The translations under genes and the position numbers were made by a program. 64,000 nucleotides of DNA from Octopus bimaculoides (Eukaryota): contig NC_068990.1 in assembly GCF_001194135.2 (NCBI RefSeq), forward strand, positions 68,194,304 to 68,258,303, given 5' to 3'. Below the pieces are notes generated by a model. The model made no database searches and was not told the DNA's origin. It saw only the letters and a list, made by a program, of their open reading frames with translations. Below are positions 23,824 through 35,317 of this stretch, in pieces. Position 1 is the first letter of the stretch; every line of letters begins with the position of its first letter.

Positions 23824-24013
23824 GGGGTGCTGAAAAATTCCTAGCTTTAAGTATATCACGAAAGGCTAGGCTGGAGACCCAAACTCAGAAGAGTTCTTTT
23901 ACAGGGCTTAGAAAAATTGAAGGACCACTGCAATAAGTGTGTGAATCTGAAAGGGGAACATCATCATCTGATACTCCGATATTTTCTTTTACCCAAAGCC
24001 AGGAACTTTTCAG
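23824..24013 (+). mobile_element. mariner-derived MITE
   Basis: TIRs GGGGTGCTGAAAAATTCCTAGCTTT / AAAGCCAGGAACTTTTCAG; internal LEKLKDHCNKCVNLKGE resembles the mariner transposase C-terminus. Confidence 0.8.
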
Positions 24014-25745
24014 TGAATTGTATTAAGTGTGATTGGTGTTTATCTTTCTGGCCCTTGGGATAATAGTTACTGTTATTTTTTAATCCTACATCAGCCCCTG
24101 TCAAGCAGATCTATGACTAAAAACAATCCAGCCATCATCAGGGCTTTTTTTTTTCTCTCAGTATAATGCTCCAAAGATTGCACTAACTTATGTGTTTTTA
24201 TTAATAATGCAGTAAGGTATAATTTGAGAGATTTTACTGTTATTATGAAGAATAGACACACTACAGATCAATACATGACTATGTTGGTATTGTAATGCTT
24301 GTAGCTTATATATTCTTTATATGATGTTATAGAATGTTCACTTGGTGGTTTTGTCAGCTGTTTGGGTAAAATCTATAACATTAAAGTAATTAATTAATAG
24401 AACGTAATGGAATCTCACAACTGGGATATATGACACACACACACACACAAACAAACAATGATTCTCTATTAAACTATTTAATGTTTGTTGAGTTTTTATT
24501 GTATTTTTTATTTATTGTTATGTTATCTCATTTATTCTTCTGTTATCTCATGAATTGCAAACATGAAGAGGATATTTAAATATTTAAATTAAATAGGATT
24601 ATTCTGAAAACAACATACAGCATAACAACCAAAGGGATATGAGCAAGTATATTTAACATTTAATACAGTCTTAAAGAATAATACTTCTGGAATAGTGGTT
24701 ATTTATGAGTGGTAGTTGCTTCAATTTTACATCCATATGTCATGTGACTCAAGTTGAGCTGGGAACATTTAATCCCCCATACAGTTATTTTAATGTCAAT
24801 CACAAATAGTCATAATTTTAACACCAACACTAATTATCTTTTAAGCATGCAAATATGTTTTAAACATTAACTATATTTTCATATATTGATCTGATAGAAT
24901 TAGAAATTCGTTTTTGTCTGTTTCATTAAATTTTTTAATGTATTTTCAATAAATACAGATTCTCTAGGTTTGCAGATACCCACAAAATTTTAGGCGTAGT
25001 TTATTTTGAAATAGAATAAAATAATCTTACTCCATACCAAGTATTTATTTCGTTGATTTTGGAGGAATTAAAACTAAACTCAATCAATAAAGAATCAAAC
25101 TAAAAATATAGGGGGCAGGAAACAAAATAGTGTGTGGCACCAAACCATATCCATTGCTATAGTTTGTGATTTTGGAGTTAATAATAAAGAAATTTAATAA
25201 GAACAAATAATTATAGAAATGTTGTTGATGATACTGTTCATCAGCATTAAATCATTAACATTTAGCAAAACAAAGAAACAAAGAATGCAAGAGAAATTTA
25301 GCAAAAGGAAGAAAATACTTTATGGCCCCAAGAAGTGGAGGAGAAAGCGGTGGACACAATATTCAAGGAAGCAATAACCTCTTTTCTTTTTAGGGAGGTC
25401 TGGAGGTAATGATTGACACCTTCTTCATTTTTTGAACCCTTGGATATTGTACTGAATGAATCCTTCTTTTATTGGTCCCAGAAAGAGATAAAAAGTTCCA
25501 ATAGTAAGTCCTTCCCAGAAAGTTGAAATCATATTGCAGCATTTGGGTATTTACTGCTTAAGTGAAGCAATCCAGTCTGGTAATTGAAATCCAGAAGATT
25601 TCATTTGCAAACAGAATATGACCACAGTTATGTTAATACAAGAAGTAAAAAAAACAAACACATAGACATGGGTGTTTCTGTGTACACATATACACACTTG
25701 CATACATATATTCATACATATACACACAAAAGAGATATTGCTCAC

Positions 25746-25836
25746 CAATTTATTTCTGTCACCAGGTTTAAATCAATACCAAAAGTCATCTTGTAAAATT
25801 TCACTTACCTGAAAATAGAAAAAGTAGTACTGTTAG
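25746..25836 (-). other. Candidate recursive splice site with 63-nt RS-exon-like segment (or a 5'UTR/start-codon exon)
   Basis: Minus strand: CTAAC branch point, CTACTTTTTCTATTTTCAG acceptor, immediately GTAAGT, then a second donor TTG|GTGAGC 63 nt downstream; no transcript evidence available. Confidence 0.45.
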
Positions 25837-26827
25837 GAATTTCACTAACAATAATGATAATAATAATAATAATAGTAAAACAAAGAAGGGAATCTGATAT
25901 CAACTTATATGATCATGTATTCAATGTTGCTGGAATAGTCACAGGTTTTAGGGTAGTTTTTCTTGTTATTACTACTATCTTTTTTATCTTATGCACTTAG
26001 TGTGTCTTTTATGGGTGTGAGGTTAGAAAATGAATAAGTTTTTTAAAAAATACCATTTATTTCAACTAGTTTAAAAACATAGAGGACAGAATATTGAGAA
26101 ATATTTGAGAAATTTACACTGTTATCATAAGAATCTGAGACAGTTCCATTTAGAATATAGAACTTCCAATTGTTAAAAGCCTAACCAGAAGAAAAAGATG
26201 TACAGCATTTAACACATTTCTTCTTCTGAATAGGGGAAAAAAATTTTTTAGATAAAATAAATGTTGCTTCCATTTTATAATCTTAATCCAATTTCTTTAT
26301 CTTGGTGATGAACAGTTTTCCATTTTTGATTAAATTTTTCTTTTTTTAAACTTTAGGAAATAAAGCATCAGTCTAGTCAATTCACACATATATGAAACAT
26401 CATCTCAATTTCTTTAACAAATATCAGACATATAATAGCTTCCGAGAAACATTCTATCAAAGAATCCTTGGAGTGAATGGAATCATAATAGAAGACTAAG
26501 AAGAATAGAATAATTCTTTTTTCTCTAAGTAAGACAACAATACTATGAAGAAGAATGCATATCATCCATTACTATGTGCAATAACATAACTGAACATTCA
26601 TCTTAGGTATTTATTTTTGCTTTCTAGCTCCAGGTCAGGCCAGCACAAAAATGTTCCATTTCTGACTGTCTCATCTTTTCTGTGTATTGTATAAAGTGTA
26701 TTGTGGACCAAATTATCTGATATGCTTTTCCTTTTCAAATTGGTAAGATGTGATTTGAGGGAGATTTTCCTGCTATTTCTAGCAAACTAAATGACCACAT
26801 AGAAGTTCCAGAGTTGGAAATTATATA

Positions 26828-27247
26828 AGCACAAGCAAGGCTGTGTGGTTAAGAAATTCATGCTGCAATCACATAGTCTTCGGCTCAGTCCCAGTGCATG
26901 ACACTTAGAGAAATTGTTTTCTACTATAGATCCAAGCTAACCAATGCCTTGTGAGTGAATTTAGTAACTAGAAATTGTGTGGAAGCCCATCATATATATA
27001 TCATATACAAATATGCAGATAGATAAATAGATAGAGAGAGAGAGTTTGTGTGTGTTTGTGTTTGCATACCCACTATTGTCTTACAAATGATGTTGCTTTG
27101 TTTATGTCCCTGTAATTTAGCAGTTTGGCAAAAGAGACTGATAGAATAAGTATCAAACTTAGGAAAATAAGTACTGGGGTTGATTTGTTTAACACTTTAA
27201 GCTGGTGCTACAGCATGGCCAAAGTCTAATAGCTGAAACAAGTAAAC
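26828..27247 (+). mobile_element. SINE family A, diverged near-full-length copy
   Basis: GGCTGTGTGGTTAAG head through CAGCATGGCC...GAAACAAGTAAA tail. Confidence 0.8.
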
Positions 27248-28599
27248 GAAATCGTAATTATTTATTTTGAAGGAAATTTTGAAAGGCTTATATGGATAAG
27301 GATCAGCTTTTCAGGTTGGTTCAGAGGGACCAGCTCAGATTTTATCTAAACAGGTCCACTTTACACCTACAATTTCACCTTATGCACTTTTGCTTTAACA
27401 TCTAAATGTTTATGACCAAGAAATAGCACTCAAATCTCTTTCATATCACACTCTGATGGAACATCTTTGCTCAGAGAGGAATTTGTTCAGGGTCATATTA
27501 TCTAAAATCATAACCTGGTAACAGTTTTAAACAATAAACAAAATAAAGAACACATAGGACAGTGTGATCCATCTATGACCATCCTTTCTTTTTATATAAA
27601 AGAAGAGATCACATTGCAGGAATAATACTGATTAGAGACATGCTCATTCCATTCACTACTGACATAAATCAACAACAACCAGGTAAAAAAAAAAAAAAGG
27701 TTAAAAACTTCAGCATGTATCTAAAGACATCATCAGAGTCATTATCTCTTATCCTTTACTTGTTTCAGTCATTTCACTGCAGCTATGGGGAGTTGGTGAC
27801 AGCCAAAACATCATACCAATATATCAAAATCCATTTACTCCTTTCTCTACAATCTCATCTTTATGTGTAGCAGTTGTTTATTGGTGGACATAGAGCTGAC
27901 GTTTTAAAAGGTAAATGTGTGAGGTGAAATGAAAAATTGAAACAGTTAGTACCTAAATTCTGAACCAACCACAGCTTGGATGATATGGCTAGCTTCTTTC
28001 CTATGTTCTTTTGACAGGAGATTTATGAGAGTCAACTGTCAAACATCCATTTCCTCAACATATGAGATGAAATTTAGTTTAATCCATGAAAAATCCTTTG
28101 TTCTCTTGACCTTCATTATCTACGAAATTATTATAACTACAGAACACAAAAAAGAATCCCCCCCCCCTTTTTGCCTGTCACTTTGGCAGAAGTAAAAGCC
28201 TGCTTGCTTTCCTCAATATTGTAAGAGATAATAACAACCCTTTCTTCCTTTTTAGTCATGGCTGTTACTGAGGTAATATGCAGGTCTCTTACTCTCTCTG
28301 CTAGATAACTTTCAGAGAGGTAAAATCTCTTTCTTTCCTTTTTCTTTCAACCACGTAGTGGTAACTACAAGTGACCACAGTTATGTACCTGATGGACAGT
28401 AGAAGCAGTCCATATTTACCGGCTTCAAATCTTGGCACAAGTCCAGCAATTTCAGAGAGGAGTAGGTCGATTATACCAACCCCAGTGCTCATCTGGTACT
28501 TATTTTATCGACTTCAAAAGAATGAAAAGTAAAGTTGACCTCAGCAGAATTTGACAGTCCTTACTGTGATAGTTTGATATATACATATATTAATATATA

Positions 28600-28760
28600 G
28601 AACTCTCGTGCAACCACATGGAAATTATGAGATTAGAGATGAACGAGCTGGCAGCTGTAAAAGGGGAAATACCACTACGCACATGGAGGATGATGCTATG
28701 AACTGTATGGCGTGGTCCTCGGAAGTGAGCTGCGTAATTTGCAATTACAAACATTCAATA
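28600..28760. promoter_or_regulatory. Putative housekeeping-type promoter (probably minus-strand directed)
   Basis: Unique CpG-retaining sequence with YY1-like ATGGCG (28707) and ETS-like CGGAAGT (28720-28726); no transcript evidence. Confidence 0.4.
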
Positions 28761-29106
28761 TGTTTTTTAAATGAGTGAAACACAACGCTTATACCTTAAC
28801 TATTCGAAGTAGTTGTGTATATTGTTACAGTAAATAAAAGCCAGTTTAACGGTTATTTCTTTTTTTTTTTTTTTTTTTTNNNNNNNNNNTTTTTTGGTCA
28901 TTTATATTAATCACCACTGCATCAGTAACAATAGCCATTATATTCTGGTGGCTCAACATCGACCATCCATCCTGAAAAAAGCCGTTACTAAATATCCCCA
29001 GTCAGATAATGTCTTAATGCTGCCGGATGTACTGCTTCTTGTCAATGGTATAAGAAAATTAGTCTCTCTCAATCACACACGTTTGTAGAGCACTACACAT
29101 GGACTG

Positions 29107-29839
29107 TATAGGGCTTTCCTATAAGGTGTTATCCATCCCTGATTGGAACTCTCCCGTATGACATGTACGCATGCTCAGTGACTTGCTTTAACAGTTGCAA
29201 TCAGCTGAATGCACATTGCCAGTGACATTTGACATAATTACCCACACTCTGTGGTCAGGATTCTTTTTTTGGTTTGATGTCGGTATCGAAGGGATTACCA
29301 GACACCGGACAATACAGTGAGAGCAGCTTTCACTCACATCGTGGTATTCGATGCTGTGTACGTGTCTTCGTGGTAAAATATGCCACTCCTTAACTGTTGC
29401 TTTGATTTCATCCGTAGCACGAGGTAATTNNNNNNNNNNNNNNNNNNNNNNNNNNNNNNNNNNNNNNNNNNNNNNNNNNNNNNNNNNNNNNNNNNNNNNN
29501 NNNNNNNNNNNNNNNNNNNNNNNNNNNNNNNNNNNNNNNNNNNNNNNNNNNNNNNNNNNNNNNNNNNNNNNNNNNNNNNNNNNNNNNNNNNNNNNNNNNN
29601 NNNNNNNNNNNNNNNNNNNNNNNNNNNNNNNNNNNNNNNNNNNNNNNNNNNNNNNNNNNNNNNNNNNNNNNNAACTCAGGCACAGTAAGTACTTCGATAG
29701 CTGAATCATCAAGCTGCTTTATATCCATGATAAGACGTAAAACAATAACAATGGCGTGGGTTAGCCTCCGGAAGTTTAATTATCTACATGGAGCGCCGCC
29801 TAGCCAAGGGAGATAACCTACTTATAGGAAAGCCCTATA
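29107..29839 (-). mobile_element. Young non-autonomous TIR DNA transposon (internally deleted), ISL2EU/Kolobok-like cargo ORF
   Basis: Perfect 19-bp inverted repeat TATAGGGCTTTCCTATAAG (29107-29125) / CTTATAGGAAAGCCCTATA (29821-29839); TSD readable as AT, TA or TATA; CpG-rich interior; 243-N gap inside. Confidence 0.8.
29188..29728 (-). pseudogene. Truncated transposon accessory ORF with SAP-like start and SWIM-like zinc-finger half-site
   Basis: MDIKQLDDSAIEVLTVPE (SAP-like LTVxEL), gap, then CIVRCLVIPS...HRVWVIMSNVTGNVHSADCNC*; CxC present but the second half of SWIM (CxH) is missing. Confidence 0.6.
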
Positions 29840-29859
29840 GTCTACCAGCTTGTGAGCAA

Positions 29860-30000
29860 AAAAAAAAAAAAAAAAAAGGAACTTCCGGTTAGGCAGGAAA
29901 GGAAACTGAGACTTCAGATGGTCGATCGTAATCGTCTTCACAGTGCGTAGCTGAAAGAAGCCAAAATAAATAATACACCGACACACTCTTGTTATTGGTT
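29860..30000. promoter_or_regulatory. Putative promoter/first-exon region
   Basis: ACTTCCGG ETS-like site at 29881-29888 next to a poly(dA) tract (nucleosome-excluding), CpG-retaining unique sequence. Confidence 0.4.
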
Positions 30001-31697
30001 GTTTTTGTGTATAGCTTAACTAAACTATACGTTCACATTTACTGTCACTCTATTTCTCTTTCTCACATACACATTTTTGGAGACGGTAACGAATATATAT
30101 TTAGCGGACATGCAATTGTCGTATCTCTTTTACTCACTCTCTCAAACACGAAATTAGACGACAGACACGACACTTATCTGTTTTATGTATAAGTTAATCT
30201 TTATGTCAACCAGACTGGTGTTTTATCGAGAAAATCTACTCCTAAATTATTCAAATCTGAGTGAATATAACAGCTTTTCTGATTGAGTAAATTAGCGAAA
30301 ATAAATAATATGTTGACTTGAAAACACACTTTCAGGAGCCATTTATTACGACTTGCTTATATGTTCCATGATATTCTTATGGTGTTAAAAAGTAATAAAA
30401 TCTTTTCTGGACACATAACGTTCAGGGTGTCAACAAATATTCAAGGCAGTAAAATAAAGATTATGAATCAAAAGAAAAACAAATGATTACTTTTTTTTTT
30501 TCCAAGGGTGGGAAACACATTTTTATGAAGTATAGGCTTTGTTGATTATTTGGACAAAGACGGACAATTTTAGACTCTGGTTGTATTAAGAAATCTCTAA
30601 ATCTGTTACTTCTCACCTGAATAAACTTGTTTCGTAAAATATCAGTGATTTTTATTTCTATGTTTATGAACATTGTTTTTTCAGACGACAGCCGTAAGAC
30701 TGAATTCTTCAATGACTTTCCAGACACTTCTGGATATCTGCGGTAATATTCTTCCAATTTTGTAAGCATTTGGAGGGTATACAACTGGAAATTTTCCGAG
30801 AAAATATCATTGCACCGAAGTTATTCATCCGTTTAGCAAACCAATTACAAGAAAAGCTTCTGCTTCTAAATTATTCAACTTCAAACATTCCCAAAAGAGA
30901 AAAGCTTAAAGAAAACATTTCGCTTAAATCACGTATGGAAGCCTTGTTGTAACATAAGGATTATGAATATAGGAGATGAGATGATGAATTCAAATAAATG
31001 GTTAAAATGCATATTTTTTAAGGTGATACGTTTAAAATAATTGTTCTATATATATGTTAAACGCATATCAGTTTCTCAATATATAATATAATATCGTGTG
31101 TATTTTTTAAAAATCCATATCTTTTCACGGGTTCCAAATATATTAAATAGAACTTTTCTGCGTGTACATATTAGGGGATGTAGATATTAAAATAAATACA
31201 CATGTATTTAACAGAAATCCATGATATTTAATTGATGTAATAAGGAAATGAAAAATGACATTAAGCGACAGATCGTTTAGCAAATGCAGACGACATACAA
31301 ACAAACCAATGAATGTGAAGTTGTACGTGATCACTGAGAAATTAGAAATAACAACCTAATCTTTAAATAATATATACACTACGCAGGAAAATAAGACGAG
31401 ACTAATACGACTGATATGCTTTTCCTCATAGGTTTGCTTTATCAGTGACACACTGTCACTGAACAACAATAATATCTGAAAAACACACTTCAAAGTGATA
31501 TACTCGTTTGAGAGGAACAGAAAGAACAAATGAGGTGTTCAGTGATGTAGTTTACATATGTATGCGATACTGTTAAAGAAAGCTTTCAGATGAAGGGGGA
31601 AATAACAGAGAGAAGAAGAAAAATGTATTTTGTAGACGGAGATGGTACGTTCAGAGAAGGATTAAATAAGGCACGCGCATATATATACATACATATT

Positions 31698-32010
31698 TAT
31701 GACAGGTTTCTTTCAGGTTCCATCTACCAAATCCACTGACCAGTCTTTGGTCGGCCTAAAGATATTGTAGAAGATACTTGCTCAAAGTGCCATGCAATGG
31801 GATTCAGGGCCTGACCCAAAAGAGAGGAGCTGAGGGGTTCGTGCCCCCTCAAGAAAAGAAGAGCACCCTCTAAATAATATTATTACACCCTTTTCTCCGG
31901 GAATTGTATTCCTTTTGACCTTGTGCCCCCTCCTTCGAAAAATTCTTGGGACCGCACCTGGGATTGAGTCTAAAGCATTGTGGCTGGAAAAACTTCTTAC
32001 CACACCACCG
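31698..32010 (-). mobile_element. SINE family A 5' half, interrupted by a MITE
   Basis: CCATCTACCAAATCCAC...GTGCCATGCAATGGGATT | GAGTCTAAAGCATTGTGG...CTTACCACAC rejoins across the insert. Confidence 0.75.
31805..31960. mobile_element. 156-bp GC-rich MITE-like insertion
   Basis: Imperfect 13-bp TIRs CAGGGCCTGACCC / GGGACCGCACCTG; GGATT repeated directly on both sides (31800-31804, 31961-31965). Confidence 0.7.
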
Positions 32011-32972
32011 TATTTGCACCTCTCATTTGGAACAATCAGTTTTAATTTCAAGTCAGAGTATAGTGATCTAATAAACATTTTGGTGCATAAGATATCTAGA
32101 GTTCCAGCTATACTGCATTCTTCATCTGAAGGAAGTCTGTGAAGTATGCACCATTTTTTTCAAGATATTATGACATTAATGGTAAATATGATAATGCAGA
32201 ATTTTTTAACAGACACAAGAGATACGAAAAGCCCAGAAATAATTATTAATCTGTAGCAAAGTGAAACAGTGAGATTTAAAAGATACAAAGGACTGACATG
32301 TATTTGATGTGCCAGTAGCTCACGTCTGTGTAATGGAATTTTTGAAAGGGAGGCCTTCCACACTGCCTCATGTTGATTATTTTTTGAGAAGGAGCCAAAA
32401 TTAGAAATGCAAATGTCAGCAACAGACTTATACCTGCCGAAATTCCTAATGAAGACATTTCATTGTTGAATCTTGTGACAAAATTCATGATAAGGACCAT
32501 GTGATGTTAATAATCTCACTTCTTTTTGGAAAATCTGATAGGAACAAAATTCTTTACAAATGGCTTCTGAGAAGTGGCATTGATGAAGTAAATGGTTGTA
32601 CAAAAATATTTTTTTCTTTTCAAAATATAAAATATATTTTAAATATGTCTGCTGAAGTCATGACTGTACTTCTATTGAAATAGCAATAGATCATAACCAG
32701 CGAACAGAAAAATCAATTACTTGAATATGATGAAATTATATCTTGACTGACCTGTGTATATGTCTCACCTCCTGAAGCCATATAGAGGTTGTTTCAATGT
32801 AAGACGCGTAACACGTCTCTTACAGTTTACAGACTTACCATTCCTGTTTCAGTTCACTAAGAGTCCAATTTTGAAAACGGCAGGTTTTCCAATAGAACCT
32901 TGACGTAACCAAGACACACACATCTCATTGCATGGTTCAAGCTCAACAATGTAAATAAAAATTCAAATCATA

Positions 32973-33355
32973 GGCGCAGGCATGGCTGTGTGGAAAGAGA
33001 CTTGCTTCCTAACCACATGGTTCTGGGTTCAGTCCCACTGTATGACAGCTTGGGCAAGTGTCTTTTATTATAGCCTTGGGCTGACCAACGCCTTCAGAGT
33101 GGATTTGGTAGACAGAAACTGAAAGAAGCCCATCGCACGCATACATATATAGGTGTGTTTGTGTATGTATCTTTGTGTCTGTTCCCACATCACTATTTGA
33201 CAACCAGTGTTGATGTGTCTATGTCCCTGTAGCATAGCAGTTCGGCAAAAGAGGCCAATAGAACCAGTACCAAGCTTAAAAATAAACAAGTACAGGGGCC
33301 GATTCATTTGACTAAAACGTTTTTAGGGTGATGCCCTAGCATTGCCGCAGTCTAA
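32973..33355 (+). mobile_element. SINE family A, near full length
   Basis: GGCGCAGGCATGGCTGTGTGG head, GGTTCAGTCCC B-box-like, tail GCATTGCCGCAGTC. Confidence 0.85.
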
Positions 33356-35199
33356 CGACCGTATCATGTTGTGTATTACTTTTAATTTTTTCTTTTCAAT
33401 ATGTGTTGAACAAGCAATCAAAGCAAGCATAACACTGCTACTTGTATGAATTTAATGAACCTGAAACATGTTGAAAATTTCATCCGTCTATTGCTTCTCA
33501 GAAACAAGGAGAAAATATATCAACTTTTAAAGATGTTTGTATACAACTAGTATTACTTGAAAATGATAGCAGGTTTGAAAACAACTTCGGGTGAAGTTTC
33601 AGCATTTAGAATGCTGTCACATTTTATTAAAATGTCTGCATCTACACAGACATGACAGAAGTAAATAGACACCTTATAAAACATAGTTTTATGTTTATTC
33701 TAACTCGTAGCAGTTTATATATTTTTTTTATTAATTGACATTTTTATGTTTTAGGTTTTATATGTGACTGTTTAATCATGCTCCTCCACCATTTTCAATA
33801 TAAACACTTGAAATATATCTCCCATACCTGAACAAACTTGAGAGATCAAAATTTAAATCTCTTTGATAAAACATCTATGATGCCTACTTTTGTTATTGAT
33901 AAATGCCTGTAAGATATTACTGGTATCCACAGTATTTCTGGGGGAAAAGATCATGTAATTAGAAGAGAATTACAGATAATTGTAACTTATTCACCCACAA
34001 GCAACATTGATATGCTTCATCAGTGGCAGCATAATTTTTAAACAATATTACTTAACAATGGTCTCCAGAGAAAACCATTGGCATCATATTTTAATGACAG
34101 TGCCCAGCATGGCCTCAGTTTCAGATTGAAACCAGTGAAACAGTGAGTCAAAATAGGAAAGACACACAAAAACAAAAGAACTTTGCAAAGTGGTTGTTTC
34201 TGCTTTGAAATGGAACCATACAACTATGTGAATGAAAGAAAGTGGCACTCAATACAGTTGGTAGGAGTTACCTATACTCACTTTTTTAACAGCAGTTTGA
34301 CTTAGTTTCACATGACAATGTTTTGTAGACACATTGCTTCATCAAATGCTAGGAGCAAAGTCTGATGTGAGCATATATATATGCACATTTTTTTCCTGGA
34401 GGTAGTTTTATTTCTATCAGCATCAACATCATATTCATCATCATTATTCATCCAACCAGCATCATCATCATCATCGACTTCATCGGCATCATCGACACCT
34501 GTGTTGTTTTCGTTTACACCTGCTTTTCATACAGGCATGGATTAAGTGGAACACCACAGTTGGAGCCAATGCATATTTAAGGGTTTCTGATCACTTCACC
34601 AGATCAGGCACCTCCATTACCACAGCTTTTCTTTTGGTTTTTGCTTGGTTTCTACCGCTAGATGCCCTTTCTAACAGCAACCCCTTTACAGAATGTACTG
34701 GGCACTTCTTTCGAAGGAAAGGGATAGTAAGGTGTTATGTCCTTGACAAGACTAAAAGAATCCTCACCACCTTACACTTTAATTGAAATTTCATGACACC
34801 AGCACTCAAGAGGTAGTCCTCCACTCAATACGATCAAAGTGACTTCACAACCCCATCTTTCTTCTTGTTTGCCAGCATTTTTACAGAGTAAGAAGCATAA
34901 GTGATAGACATAACAGAGGAAGGCCTAAGCAAGATGTATGGTATGGGGATGGGCGATAGGGGTTACCAGTAGTCCAAGGTATGTACATATATTACACCAG
35001 GGAAAAAATTACATTTTAATTCACTTAACAGAAATAATCTGCCACACTTCAATTTTACTCTCTACCTTAGTCCGTTATAACATTTTAATGATTAGTTTAA
35101 ACACTTACATAATAACAATCATGCTTTCTCTTTAAAGACTCATGAAAATAAACAGTACATTGTCAAGATCTATGTTATTTCAGATTTTGCCGCTATTGA

Positions 35200-35270
35200 T
35201 TCGTTTGCATCATTTTGTACTGACTTCATTCGGAGCAACTGATAGTATTCTTTAGTTTCTGTAGGCAAAT

Positions 35271-35317
<47 letters not shown>

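Noticed and set aside
28860-29000. Short minus-strand reading (WMVDVEPPEYNGYCY*) followed by an AATATAAA-like signal and an A-tract, suggesting a retrocopy
   Set aside because: The tract spans a gap, no TSD was found and the peptide is unrecognised.
30461-30952. 107-aa minus ORF and adjacent 60-aa plus ORF
   Set aside because: No recognisable domain or clear splice frame; lengths are attainable by chance; left uncalled pending homology search.
35170-35258. Possible minus-strand terminal exon (ETKEYYQLLRMKSVQNDANESIAAKSEIT*) after a CCTACAG acceptor
   Set aside because: Plausible but unrecognised, and no upstream exon could be linked; insufficient for a CDS call.
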